Positions 1 through 8,590 of a stretch of 64,000 nucleotides of DNA are shown in pieces. The notes beneath the pieces were generated by a model. That model saw nothing but the letters and a program-made list of their open reading frames with translations, had not been told where the DNA came from and made no database searches. Origin of the DNA: Minisyncoccia bacterium (GTDB taxonomy: Bacteria; Patescibacteriota; Minisyncoccia; Phycocordibacterales; GWA1-40-21); assembly GCA_049287185.1 (NCBI GenBank), contig JBAQFI010000012.1:166179-230178 (forward strand), in the 5' to 3' direction. Each line of letters opens with the position of its first letter. The stretch's first letter is position 1. The position numbers and the translations under genes were made by a program.

Positions 1-35
1 TCCTTAAAATAGACCAGAATAGCTAAAAGTTACTA

Positions 36-58
36 AAACCACCAAAAGGTGGTTTTTT
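36..58 (+). terminator. rho-independent terminator hairpin (aaaaccacc aaaa ggtggtttttt) ending an upstream + strand transcript
   Basis: GC stem plus T-run seen in sequence. Confidence 0.5.
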
Positions 59-328
59 ACGTATTTGCGTATTTAGAAAATATGCAACATATCTAATCGG
101 GGAATACTAATTTGAATTTTTTTATTTACTAATGAAATTTATTTTCAAAATATTATTTTATGATACATATCTCATAAATATAGTGAGTCAGTCAGAAAAT
201 CATAAAAGTATCGGGGGAGGATTAGTTTCGGCTAAACCTAGGCCTATTGCTATACTATACTGTCGCAAAGATATATTGTGCGACATATATATAATAGGAC
301 ACTTGTTTCTTCCCTACAATAAATCGAC

Positions 329-353
329 CCGCGAAGTTTAAACTTCGCGGGTC
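329..353 (+). terminator. strong hairpin gacccgcgaagtt-taaa-cttcgcgggtc followed by T-rich tract
   Basis: perfect 11 bp stem, T-rich 3' flank. Confidence 0.5.
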
Positions 354-668
354 TCGTATCTTTCTATTTTTTTGTTATTTCATTTAGTGACCGGTTAGCC
401 TCTTGCGGCAAATATTATTCCACCTTTCTCTCTGTTTGGGAGTCATGTAAGTTAGCAAGAGTAAAATTCTCCTTAATAACTCTTTTGACTCTTTTGAACT
501 GAACTTGAACTTTTTGTTCTTCTTGTTGCTCTTCTTAGTCATTAGGCTTCCCTCCTTCTTAATGATCATTATAATGCTAATGACTAGCATATAATGAGTT
601 AGCAATTCTGTCAATAACAAAAACAACTAACTATATCGGTTAGTTGTTTTTGTTTTAATAGTTATTAA

Positions 669-843
669 ATTACCCGGTTGTGAGTTTTGGCATCGTTTTT
701 GAAATTGTGCGTATGATTGTTTTGATTAGGTGTTAACAAAACAGACCCTAGTTTAAATACTAGGGTCTGTTTGGGCAAAAACAATTTTAACCCGTCCGAA
801 TAGATTCATCCGGGCGGATGCCAAATTCTACAACGGGGTTATT
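669..843. repeat. MITE-like element family B copy 1 (approx 13 bp TIRs, aaccSSgttgtgag ... ctacaacSgggtt; internal hairpin cagaccctag...ctagggtctg)
   Basis: near-identical copy at 30376-30518 with the same termini. Confidence 0.6.
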
Positions 844-1315
844 TCCAGGCAATACTTGAAGTAACTTTATCATTCCAACATGGACTAGATGATATCCAAG
901 GATATGTACCCTCTTTGTCATATAGCCACTTAGCATAGGCCAAATTACCATCGATAGTTTCAAGATCAAACCCGAGTTTAGTAGCTGTATCTTTATGATA
1001 ACGTTCATTGATTTGCATCACACCGACGTCACCATTGTTGACGATACCTCTCAAAACCTCACCATTTGACATAAAGTGTCTAAAGGTAGATTCACATTTG
1101 GCAATTTCGGCCAAAATAGGTTGATCGGCATAGTATTCTCGAACATATTGTTCAAAAGAAATAGGATTATTAATTTCTACTACATTCTCTACTTTAATCT
1201 GGCTGGGCATATTTGCACTTGAAGTACTTACCGTTTCGGCAATTACCTCTTTTGGCAAAGTGTACACAGACATCGATGAAAGCATCAAAAATAGTGCTGT
1301 ACTTAATTCAATCAT
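839..1315 (-). CDS. secreted lytic-transglycosylase/lysozyme-like domain protein (signal peptide; CESxFRH ... GxMQIN motifs)
   Basis: motif recognition in ORF translation, N-terminal hydrophobic segment. Confidence 0.55.
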   Translation of the reverse strand: MIELSTALFLMLSSMSVYTLPKEVIAETVSTSSANMPSQIKVENVVEINNPISFEQYVREYYADQPILAEIAKCESTFRHFMSNGEVLRGIVNNGDVGVMQINERYHKDTATKLGFDLETIDGNLAYAKWLYDKEGTYPWISSSPCWNDKVTSSIAWK

Positions 1316-1699
1316 AATTTTTTATATATATTAGATGTTTTGATATCGCCTTTTCTATAAAAAGCGAAATCCAGACTTTTACGTCTGGTTTTAATATACT
1401 ATCACCTTTCAGCTTTCTTGTCAAGAGAAGACAATGACTTTAGTACCCTGTCAAACGAGATAAAATGGCTAAGAATAAGGGTTTTTAACTTGACAAAGGG
1501 GGTATTTTATAGGGCAGAATTTTGGGACTTTTTAAAAGTTGTGTTATCGTTTAGTACCTTTCGAGTCTTGAATGGTAAAAATTAGAAGTTTGCGCCATAT
1601 TTCTCATTATTTTATAAACTTTCCAAAGAAAAAAGGGCTCGTCTACATAATATATTTGTAAGACAAGCCCTTTATTAGAAATTTACTCCCCTTTATATT

Positions 1700-2563
1700 T
1701 TAACTGGCTATTTGCATAGCAACATTTGAGGAACTCTGCAGGAGAAATCCAGAGGCCGAACCTCGGATGTCACATGCCGCTCCCACTGGGTACATGGCGT
1801 ATTCAACCCTGCCATTTAAACTTCTGAAGCATGGTGCCTTTGGTAAAACACCAACAACAGTCGAAGCAAGTTCGTCGCCACCGCAATCAATCCAGAGATC
1901 CTCATAGTGATTAAGACGTTCTGGATGATTAAACAACATAATCGCAGTTGTGAACGTATCAAAAGGGTATTCGCTAGAATCCATACCTTTTAGCGTTCGG
2001 TGAACTGGATTACCTCGATAAAGGATGCCAAATTGTCCGGGGATCAGAAGGATGTCATGATCCTTTTGCTCACAACCAATCCTCTGAAAAATATCTTTCG
2101 TCCTATCGAGTTGACGAAAATATTGTTTATCCATTTTGTCTTCACAGCAATTTTTAAATTTGCCGTTCCGACTAATTGCAATCAGATCGAAGACCCTTTT
2201 TACTGCTTCGACATAGTTCGAAGCTATTTTCTTCCTCCGAGGGATGGCAAACCATCCTTCAGCATTCGGTGGAAGTGGCTGTTCGATCAACCTTTCATCA
2301 GCAGACCTAAGTTCTGGGAAGAACTTAACCAAATTAGAAACTTGGTCAGCTACACTTCTTGGCCTTTTATAGCCAGAAAGATAACCGTACTTTGTGTCCG
2401 TAATTCGGTTGTCTACCAACTCAATACTGGTAACAGAGCCTGTTGGCTTTGCTACACCACCTCTTCCGGTGATAGGGTTTTTTGGCATAAAATATCCTCC
2501 ATTTTTCATACCTGCTTGTAAGGCAGATACTACCAGATACACTCCGGTCAATGTCTGCCTCAA
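1700..2563 (-). CDS. hypothetical protein, locally GC-richer than flanks; true start may be an internal Met
   Basis: long ORF with downstream terminator at about 1640-1690; no family recognised. Confidence 0.45.
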   Translation of the reverse strand: MRQTLTGVYLVVSALQAGMKNGGYFMPKNPITGRGGVAKPTGSVTSIELVDNRITDTKYGYLSGYKRPRSVADQVSNLVKFFPELRSADERLIEQPLPPNAEGWFAIPRRKKIASNYVEAVKRVFDLIAISRNGKFKNCCEDKMDKQYFRQLDRTKDIFQRIGCEQKDHDILLIPGQFGILYRGNPVHRTLKGMDSSEYPFDTFTTAIMLFNHPERLNHYEDLWIDCGGDELASTVVGVLPKAPCFRSLNGRVEYAMYPVGAACDIRGSASGFLLQSSSNVAMQIAS

Positions 2564-2739
2564 TATGAAGCGAGAATACTAGATACGAAAGTTCATATCT
2601 AAAATACTCGCTTCATCAAGTTAAAATATATTCTCAAGGAACTTTGTACTTCTTAAACTGTACCATAGAAAATATACTACTTCAAGCACATTAAAAAAGC
2701 CTCGATTCTTACGAATCGAGGCTTTGGGAGATAGATTTC

Positions 2740-4401
2740 CTATTCCCTATTTAAGGCACTAATTACGGCTTTGACTGATGCCAATTGAATACTTGTATCA
2801 ATCCCGGCTCCCCAACGGATTTTCCCGCTAGAAAACTTGAGTTTAATATAAGCGATCGCTTTAGCGTCAGATCCGAGACCAAGTGTATGTTCAGACTGAT
2901 CTAAAACACAAACATCGGTCACGTTTATGTCGTGAAGAGAGTTAATAAAGGCGTCAATCGGTCCATTACCTTTTCCCACCAAAACTGCTTTTGCGTTATC
3001 AATTTTAATAATTGAATTACACTCGCAGCTGTCAATATTATTTGTTGAATAAAAATATTCAATGGAATAGGGATTTGTTCGATCGATATATTCTCCCCAA
3101 AACATGGTTTTTATTTCCTCGGCTTTTACCTCTCGGCCGAGATTATCAACCAATTTACTGGTGATGTCTCCGAATTCTCTTTGCATATCTTTTGGCAAAT
3201 AAATTTTGTACTCATTTTCCAATATATATGCTTTACCACTTTTGCCAGATTGACTGGTGACTCTGATTACTTCTTTATAATCTCGGCCAATATCAATCGG
3301 ATCAATGGTGAGATACGGCACATCCCAAACCAGGAGTCCTGACTGGAGCAATCCTCCCCATCTAGCAATCAATCCTTTTCTTATCGCATCTTGATGTGAT
3401 CCAGAAAAGGCAGTGAGGACCAATTCCCCACTGTATGGTTGTCTTGACGGCACTGTCATCCCCGTGCATTCCTCGTACACTTTCCGGATTTGATTTATAT
3501 TAGAAAAATCTAACTTTGGATCAATTCCTTGAGTATAAAGATTCAAAGCCACAGTGATGATATCAAGGTTACCGGTTCGCTCTCCATTACCGAAGAGTGT
3601 ACCTTCAACTCGATCAGCACCAGCCAATAAACCAAGTTCTGTTGATGCTACTCCAGTTCCTCGATCATTGTGAGTATGAAGACTGACAATAATGGAATCA
3701 CGGCAAGACACATGGCGACAAAACCATTCAACTTGATCAGCGTACACATTTGACATGGCAACTTGAACAGTCTCAGGCAAATTAAAAATTATTTTATTTT
3801 CCTGAGTCGGTTTCCATTCCTTTGCTACGGCTTCACAAACATCCAAAGCAAATTCTACTTCGGTTGCCGAAAAGCTTTCTGGCGAATACTGAAGTCTTAC
3901 TTCTGCTTCACCAAGAAATGATGCGTACTGTTTTACCCATTTTGTCCCTTGCACCGCTAACTCAATAATTTCCGGTTTTTCCAAACCAAAAACAATTCGT
4001 CGTTGAGCGGGTGAAGTAGAATTATACATATGAATTATTACTTTTTTCACACCAATCAATAATTCACAGGTAATCTTAATCAAATCTTCACGCGCCGGCG
4101 TGAGAACTTGAATCGTCACGTCATTAGGAATCTTGTCTTCCTTTATTAGACGCTTAACAAATTCAGCTTCGATTAAAGATGCTGCTGGGAAGCCGACTTC
4201 AATTTCCTTAAAACCACAGGCAATGAGCGTATCGAAAAAAATCATTTTTTGTTCAACACTCATTGGAGTAGCTAAGGCTTGATTACCGTCGCGTAAATCA
4301 ACACTGCACCAGATTGGTGCCTGAGTTATTTTACGATTCGGCCACTCACGATTTTCCAATTTAATAACTGGAAAGGACACATACTTACCTTTTGGATTCA
4401 T
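2740..4401 (-). CDS. leuA: 2-isopropylmalate synthase, long LeuA form (IWCSVDLRDGNQA, HTHNDRG motifs, C-terminal regulatory domain)
   Basis: strong motif match to actinobacterial-type LeuA; terminator hairpin at 2698-2728. Confidence 0.85.
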   Translation of the reverse strand: MNPKGKYVSFPVIKLENREWPNRKITQAPIWCSVDLRDGNQALATPMSVEQKMIFFDTLIACGFKEIEVGFPAASLIEAEFVKRLIKEDKIPNDVTIQVLTPAREDLIKITCELLIGVKKVIIHMYNSTSPAQRRIVFGLEKPEIIELAVQGTKWVKQYASFLGEAEVRLQYSPESFSATEVEFALDVCEAVAKEWKPTQENKIIFNLPETVQVAMSNVYADQVEWFCRHVSCRDSIIVSLHTHNDRGTGVASTELGLLAGADRVEGTLFGNGERTGNLDIITVALNLYTQGIDPKLDFSNINQIRKVYEECTGMTVPSRQPYSGELVLTAFSGSHQDAIRKGLIARWGGLLQSGLLVWDVPYLTIDPIDIGRDYKEVIRVTSQSGKSGKAYILENEYKIYLPKDMQREFGDITSKLVDNLGREVKAEEIKTMFWGEYIDRTNPYSIEYFYSTNNIDSCECNSIIKIDNAKAVLVGKGNGPIDAFINSLHDINVTDVCVLDQSEHTLGLGSDAKAIAYIKLKFSSGKIRWGAGIDTSIQLASVKAVISALNRE

Positions 4402-4648
4402 ATTAACTCTCCTTTCAAAGAACTTATAACCAAAGTTTATTTATAATTTTATTTTGTATTACTGACTGTAAAACAAAACCAGCTCCTTTGGTGAAGAGCT
4501 GGCTTGTATTTATCTAATTTGGAATTTTAGCTAGACACAAGTAAACTCTCCACTTTTTTTAAGTAGGTTGAGCAGACTCAAAAGATTTTTACTTTGTCTC
4601 ATCATATTTTTAGTGTATAGAATGAATAATACAATGTCAATGATATAT

Positions 4649-5242
4649 TTACTTTAAAAGCCAAGGTATTTCGTACTGTTCAAATTCTGGTAGGAGTTTT
4701 TTATTATTCAAGAGACGAGAAAGGGCTTCGGCCGCTACTTTAGCACCATTTAAAGCATTATGAGGATGTGGTTCTTCGGGAATACCGACATACTCCTGAA
4801 TCTTGGTAGAATTCAAATCACTACGTTTATTGGCGACTGGCGGTTCAATGCCACGAAGTTTCATATGAGCATAGCAAACTGAGTGAACATCGATAGAACG
4901 ATGAGCCAAAGGCCAATTTAGTTTTGCTCGCTCCGCCGCAAATCGCAAAAAATCTCTATCGTATGAAGGATTTTGCCCAGCCAAGGTATGTTCTTCCCTA
5001 TCTTTCGTCCAGTTTAAAAAAGCGGAAATTAACACATCCTCCCCTTCTTTAGTTTTATTGGTTATGTCTTCCTTGGTAAAACCGTTTACTTCTAGGGCTT
5101 CATCAATAATTTCGGCCCCATCCCAAACACGACATTCAGAATAAAATTGTATTTCTGGATGCTCGAAATCAATTGCCCCAACTGACAGGACAGAATTTTT
5201 GTGTGGATCTAAACCTGAAGCTTCAACATCAACTATGATCAT
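4649..5242 (-). CDS. DEDDh-family 3'-5' exonuclease (DnaQ-like; IVDVEASG Exo I, H-x4-D Exo III)
   Basis: exonuclease motifs in translation. Confidence 0.7.
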   Translation of the reverse strand: MIIVDVEASGLDPHKNSVLSVGAIDFEHPEIQFYSECRVWDGAEIIDEALEVNGFTKEDITNKTKEGEDVLISAFLNWTKDREEHTLAGQNPSYDRDFLRFAAERAKLNWPLAHRSIDVHSVCYAHMKLRGIEPPVANKRSDLNSTKIQEYVGIPEEPHPHNALNGAKVAAEALSRLLNNKKLLPEFEQYEIPWLLK

Positions 5243-5381
5243 ATAATTAAATTAAATATTAAAAATCAAATTTCAAAAATAAATCTGAAAAGTTAAAAGT
5301 TTAAGTCGCAACACCTTTTCGTTAGAAAAGTAATTTTGAGTTTTGAGATTAACCTTTAAGTTTTGAATTTTGAGATTTGAG

Positions 5382-5861
5382 CTATTTAAGTCCCAGGCAA
5401 CCACTCGCCGCTGTTAAGCCAGCTGCTTGTGCCTCTTCATAACTATTATACCAAACTTTATTAGCTTCAGAAATTCGAGAGACACCAGAGCACCAGGGAA
5501 AATAATAACGTGTACCACTTTTTGAAGCGACTAACATACCTTTTTGATCAGGAGTTTTTGCAACTTCAGTCAGTACTCCATCAGCAGTTTTCAGTGAAAG
5601 TTTATTTTCAAAATTTTGTGGGCAGATCAATTTCTTAATATCTAGTGTTTCATTATTACTTTCGAAACCGGACAATCTACCCAACCCGAAGCCCACTAAA
5701 CCAACTAGAATAATTACCAAGAAAATAAACAAATCACTTTTCCAATTGGAGTCTGAGACTAACATAACCTTGTTTCTAAGGTTATTTTTGAATCCAACTC
5801 CCCTACTTCTAATTTTGACCATTGAGGGCTTGATTTTTTCCTTAATTTCTTCTATACTCAT
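5382..5861 (-). CDS. membrane-anchored protein with C-terminal Cys-containing domain (YxPWCSG ... GC); start trimmed to internal Met to avoid overlap with rpmA
   Basis: TM segment then conserved-looking Cys motif; ORF-track start 5957 overlaps L27 start. Confidence 0.4.
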   Translation of the reverse strand: MSIEEIKEKIKPSMVKIRSRGVGFKNNLRNKVMLVSDSNWKSDLFIFLVIILVGLVGFGLGRLSGFESNNETLDIKKLICPQNFENKLSLKTADGVLTEVAKTPDQKGMLVASKSGTRYYFPWCSGVSRISEANKVWYNSYEEAQAAGLTAASGCLGLK

Positions 5862-5902
5862 GCCGTATCCTATTATAACAGAAATAAGTATAAAAAAAGA
5901 CC

Positions 5903-6178
5903 ATGTCAACAAAAAAAGCCGCCGGTGTGTCCAAAAACGGTAGAGATTCGAATCCAAGATATCTTGGGGTTAAGCTTTTTGATGGTCAAATTGCTCAAAT
6001 CGGTTCTATCATAGTTCGTCAAAAAGGCCGTGAAGTTATGGCTGGTCAAAATGTTGGAGTTGGTAAAGATCATACCCTTTTTGCCCTCAAAGCTGGTAAA
6101 GTGGAATTTGGTTCTAAAAGAAAAACCGGTTTTAACTCTAAAACTGTATTGAAGAAAACTGTCAGTGTTATTGCTTAA
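5903..6178 (+). CDS. rpmA: 50S ribosomal protein L27
   Basis: GRDSNP...LGVK...GQN...GKDHTLFA motif pattern typical of L27. Confidence 0.9.
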   Translation: MSTKKAAGVSKNGRDSNPRYLGVKLFDGQIAQIGSIIVRQKGREVMAGQNVGVGKDHTLFALKAGKVEFGSKRKTGFNSKTVLKKTVSVIA

Positions 6179-6185
6179 TATTAAA

Positions 6186-6210
6186 GACCGCCATCTAGGC
6201 GGTTTTTTTG
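6186..6210 (+). terminator. rho-independent terminator after rpmA (accgcc atct aggcggt + T7)
   Basis: hairpin plus T-run. Confidence 0.7.
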
Positions 6211-6314
6211 TGTGTTTACAATAGTAACATTTTATGGTATCTTAGAAAGGAAAAGTTCTTAAAAATTTTAACGTATTGGTCAGACAAATATGATTTGTCA
6301 GGCCAAAAGGAGGC

Positions 6315-6635
6315 ATGATGTCTAACGATAATTCAGTAATGAATTCGATCAAATTTGACGCCAAGTTTTTCCTGGGCTGGTGGAAACTTCTGTTTCTTAC
6401 AGCTGGAGAAAAAATCGAGGAATTCTTGGATTGGTTGTTTATGTTAAGTTTCCTGATCTTCGGCCTGTTTATTGATTTCTTCACTTTCGGTCCCAAAAAA
6501 CCTGAACCAGAAGAAATTCGTAACGTTCCGTTATATACTACCAAAGTTGTCCTGGTTTTGTTTCTACTATGGCTCATCGTCATATTAGGTTCTGGAATTA
6601 TTTGGATGGTATGGTATATATTGGAAAAAACATGA
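6315..6635 (+). CDS. small multi-pass membrane protein, hypothetical
   Basis: AAGGAGG RBS 2 nt upstream of ATG; hydrophobic segments; preferred over antisense ORF 6242-6640. Confidence 0.5.
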   Translation: MMSNDNSVMNSIKFDAKFFLGWWKLLFLTAGEKIEEFLDWLFMLSFLIFGLFIDFFTFGPKKPEPEEIRNVPLYTTKVVLVLFLLWLIVILGSGIIWMVWYILEKT

Positions 6636-6651
6636 AACAATTATGAAACAA

Positions 6652-6680
6652 AACGCGTCTTTTCGAAGGCGCGTTTTTTT
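6652..6680. terminator. bidirectional terminator hairpin (aacgcgtc ttttcgaa ggcgcgtt + T-run) between membrane protein gene and uvrC
   Basis: hairpin with T-runs on both strands. Confidence 0.6.
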
Positions 6681-6689
6681 GGTAAATTT

Positions 6690-7943
6690 TTATAGAAGTG
6701 ACTTCTTTCTTAACTGACGACGGTGGGCACCAATGGCAAAACGATGGGCCTCACCATTTATTTCTAATATTTGTTTAGAGTATTTTTTAGTAATGCTAGT
6801 TGAACCAATAATGGCTTTTGGCTGATGCTTTTCATTTTTAACCACGGAAACTACTGGCATAGTTAAATTTTTATCTGTTAAAATTTGTGTTGCTACTTTT
6901 ATCTGTCTTTTATCTCCATCAACTACAATTAAATCTGGTAAAGTCCATTCTGGGTGGTTCAGCCGACGAATTATAAGTTCTCTCAAGGCAGCCAGATCAT
7001 CGCGCTGACTATCCTTAATATTAAACAAACGATATTTCTGAGGTGTGAGTTCACCATTCTCGCTAACGACCATCACTCCTATTTCCGCAGCTCCAGCATG
7101 GTGTGCCACATCATAGGCTTCAATTCTAAATTTATTATTCGTATGATATTCGTTTGTCGATTCGTTGTATTCGTCCATTCGTATATTCGTTAAGCTGTCA
7201 TTTTTAATCAGTGCCACGTCCTGAATATGTTGTGGTGCAAAAAGAGTTCGTTTAACAACATTGGCTTCCTCAAATTTATGTTCTTTAGCCAAGGTTTTCA
7301 TTTCGCTATTTAACTCCTTTACCAAAGTTTTCTTTCTACCAGATAAAAAGTATTTGAGGTGGCGGATTATTTTATTGTAATCACGTTTCGAAATTAAACC
7401 GGAACAAGTACCAGGACAAAGACCAATCTGATAATTAAAACATGGTCTGTTTAGATTTAATGCACATTCACTGCGAAAAGGAAAAATTTTACGAATTATT
7501 CTTAGAGCTTCCTTAAGTGAATTACTTTGAGTAAAAGGTCCAAACTTTTCAGAAATCGGAAAATCAAAATCTTTCTCCAATTCCCTACCACGAATAGTTA
7601 GAACTCTGGGAAAATCTTCTTTGGTTATCACTACCCAATTAAAACTTTTATCATCTTTTTCTTTGGTGTTGTAATAAGGTGTGTGTTTTTTAATTAATGA
7701 GGCTTCAAGAATTAAGGCTTCTAAAACTGAATCTGTGACTTCAAAATCTATCCTGTCAGTCTTGGTTACCATATCTACTAAAAGTGGTCCGCGAGTAGCA
7801 ATCAAATCATTAGCAAAATAACTACGAACACGGTCGCGTAGTGACGTCGCCTTTCCGATATACAAAATCTCCGAGCCTCTCTTAAAGAAGTAAACTCCAG
7901 GCAAATCAGGTAAATTCAGTTTTTTTATATATTGACTTTTCAT
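6690..7943 (-). CDS. uvrC: excinuclease ABC subunit C, short form (GIY-YIG plus RNase H-like endonuclease domain, no C-terminal HhH); carries an in-frame repeat insertion
   Basis: GIY-YIG N-terminus (GVYFF...LYIGKA), UvrC endonuclease domain (IEAYDVAH, VVDGDKRQ). Confidence 0.85.
   Translation of the reverse strand: MKSQYIKKLNLPDLPGVYFFKRGSEILYIGKATSLRDRVRSYFANDLIATRGPLLVDMVTKTDRIDFEVTDSVLEALILEASLIKKHTPYYNTKEKDDKSFNWVVITKEDFPRVLTIRGRELEKDFDFPISEKFGPFTQSNSLKEALRIIRKIFPFRSECALNLNRPCFNYQIGLCPGTCSGLISKRDYNKIIRHLKYFLSGRKKTLVKELNSEMKTLAKEHKFEEANVVKRTLFAPQHIQDVALIKNDSLTNIRMDEYNESTNEYHTNNKFRIEAYDVAHHAGAAEIGVMVVSENGELTPQKYRLFNIKDSQRDDLAALRELIIRRLNHPEWTLPDLIVVDGDKRQIKVATQILTDKNLTMPVVSVVKNEKHQPKAIIGSTSITKKYSKQILEINGEAHRFAIGAHRRQLRKKSLL
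7136..7196. repeat. CGAAT-rich repeat (family A) half-copy inserted in frame inside uvrC (encodes ...IRMDEYNESTNEYHTNN...)
   Basis: about 90 percent identity to intergenic copies at 47157-47213 and rc of 11219-11290; lies at an extra about 17 aa segment relative to E. coli UvrC between the conserved helix and the RxEAxDxxH motif. Confidence 0.65.
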
Positions 7944-8001
7944 CTTGATTATGACATTATCTTAGCAGAAGTTCTATAAAATTCAACATCTGGAGGATAA
8001 A

Positions 8002-8556
8002 ATGAAATTATGTATAGGAAATTCACGTTTGGTTTTGGTTTTTCCGCTACTTGGCTTCGTTATAAAGTTTCCGAAGATTAATCTCAAACCAATATATGAT
8101 TTGGTAAGAGACGTACTGCTTAACAGATGGAAAAACCAGGAAATGCTTTGGTCACTGCCAATCGACATAGATTTTAGCCCGCGACATAAGTTGTATGGCG
8201 GAATCTACGAAAATTGGTTTGAATGGAAAGCTTGGCGTAAGACTCATTACAAACTCTTGTGTCCAACCTGGTTTTCTTTTTTTGGATTATTTAATATCCA
8301 AAAATATGGTGCGGCACTCAAGTCAGACCAAGTTGATATGAAAAAGGCTATTAATAAAGTGACAAATGGTGATTCATGTCACAGCCATAGTCATGGATTT
8401 GATGGTGCAGAGAATTACTGTGAAAGAAGTGGGCACATCCAAATGATTGATTATGGCACTCGTCGTCTCTGGCCGGTAATAAAAAAATACAATCAAGAAA
8501 TTGTCCGACTGACAGTTCAAGATTGTCAAAAAGAACAAGCCACAACTGATGGCTGA
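8002..8556 (+). CDS. hypothetical protein (His/Cys-rich segment CHSHSHG)
   Basis: GGAGGA RBS upstream; terminator at about 8560-8590. Confidence 0.45.
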   Translation: MKLCIGNSRLVLVFPLLGFVIKFPKINLKPIYDLVRDVLLNRWKNQEMLWSLPIDIDFSPRHKLYGGIYENWFEWKAWRKTHYKLLCPTWFSFFGLFNIQKYGAALKSDQVDMKKAINKVTNGDSCHSHSHGFDGAENYCERSGHIQMIDYGTRRLWPVIKKYNQEIVRLTVQDCQKEQATTDG

Positions 8557-8590
8557 ACCGTTAACTTAAATGTTGACGGTTTTTCTTTTA

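Noticed and set aside
132-626. 69-aa plus and 80-aa minus ORFs near the window start
   Set aside because: The translations are low-complexity with no RBS. The region is flanked by strong hairpins and is more likely a non-coding leader or sRNA region; the evidence is insufficient to call either.
2000-2582. Plus-strand ORFs (173 aa and 62 aa) inside the minus-strand hypothetical gene
   Set aside because: They are antisense to a longer ORF with a proper terminator. The same pattern applies to antisense ORFs inside uvrA, copA, dnaB, proS, mreB and others (e.g. 6954-7193, 9161-9360, 10060-10613, 17599-17928, 28198-29790, 43471-43749, 50208-51002); all are treated as shadow ORFs.
6242-6640. 132-aa minus-strand ORF
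   Set aside because: It overlaps a plus-strand membrane-protein ORF that has a strong AAGGAGG RBS directly at its ATG. The minus-strand ORF has no RBS and a low-complexity translation.
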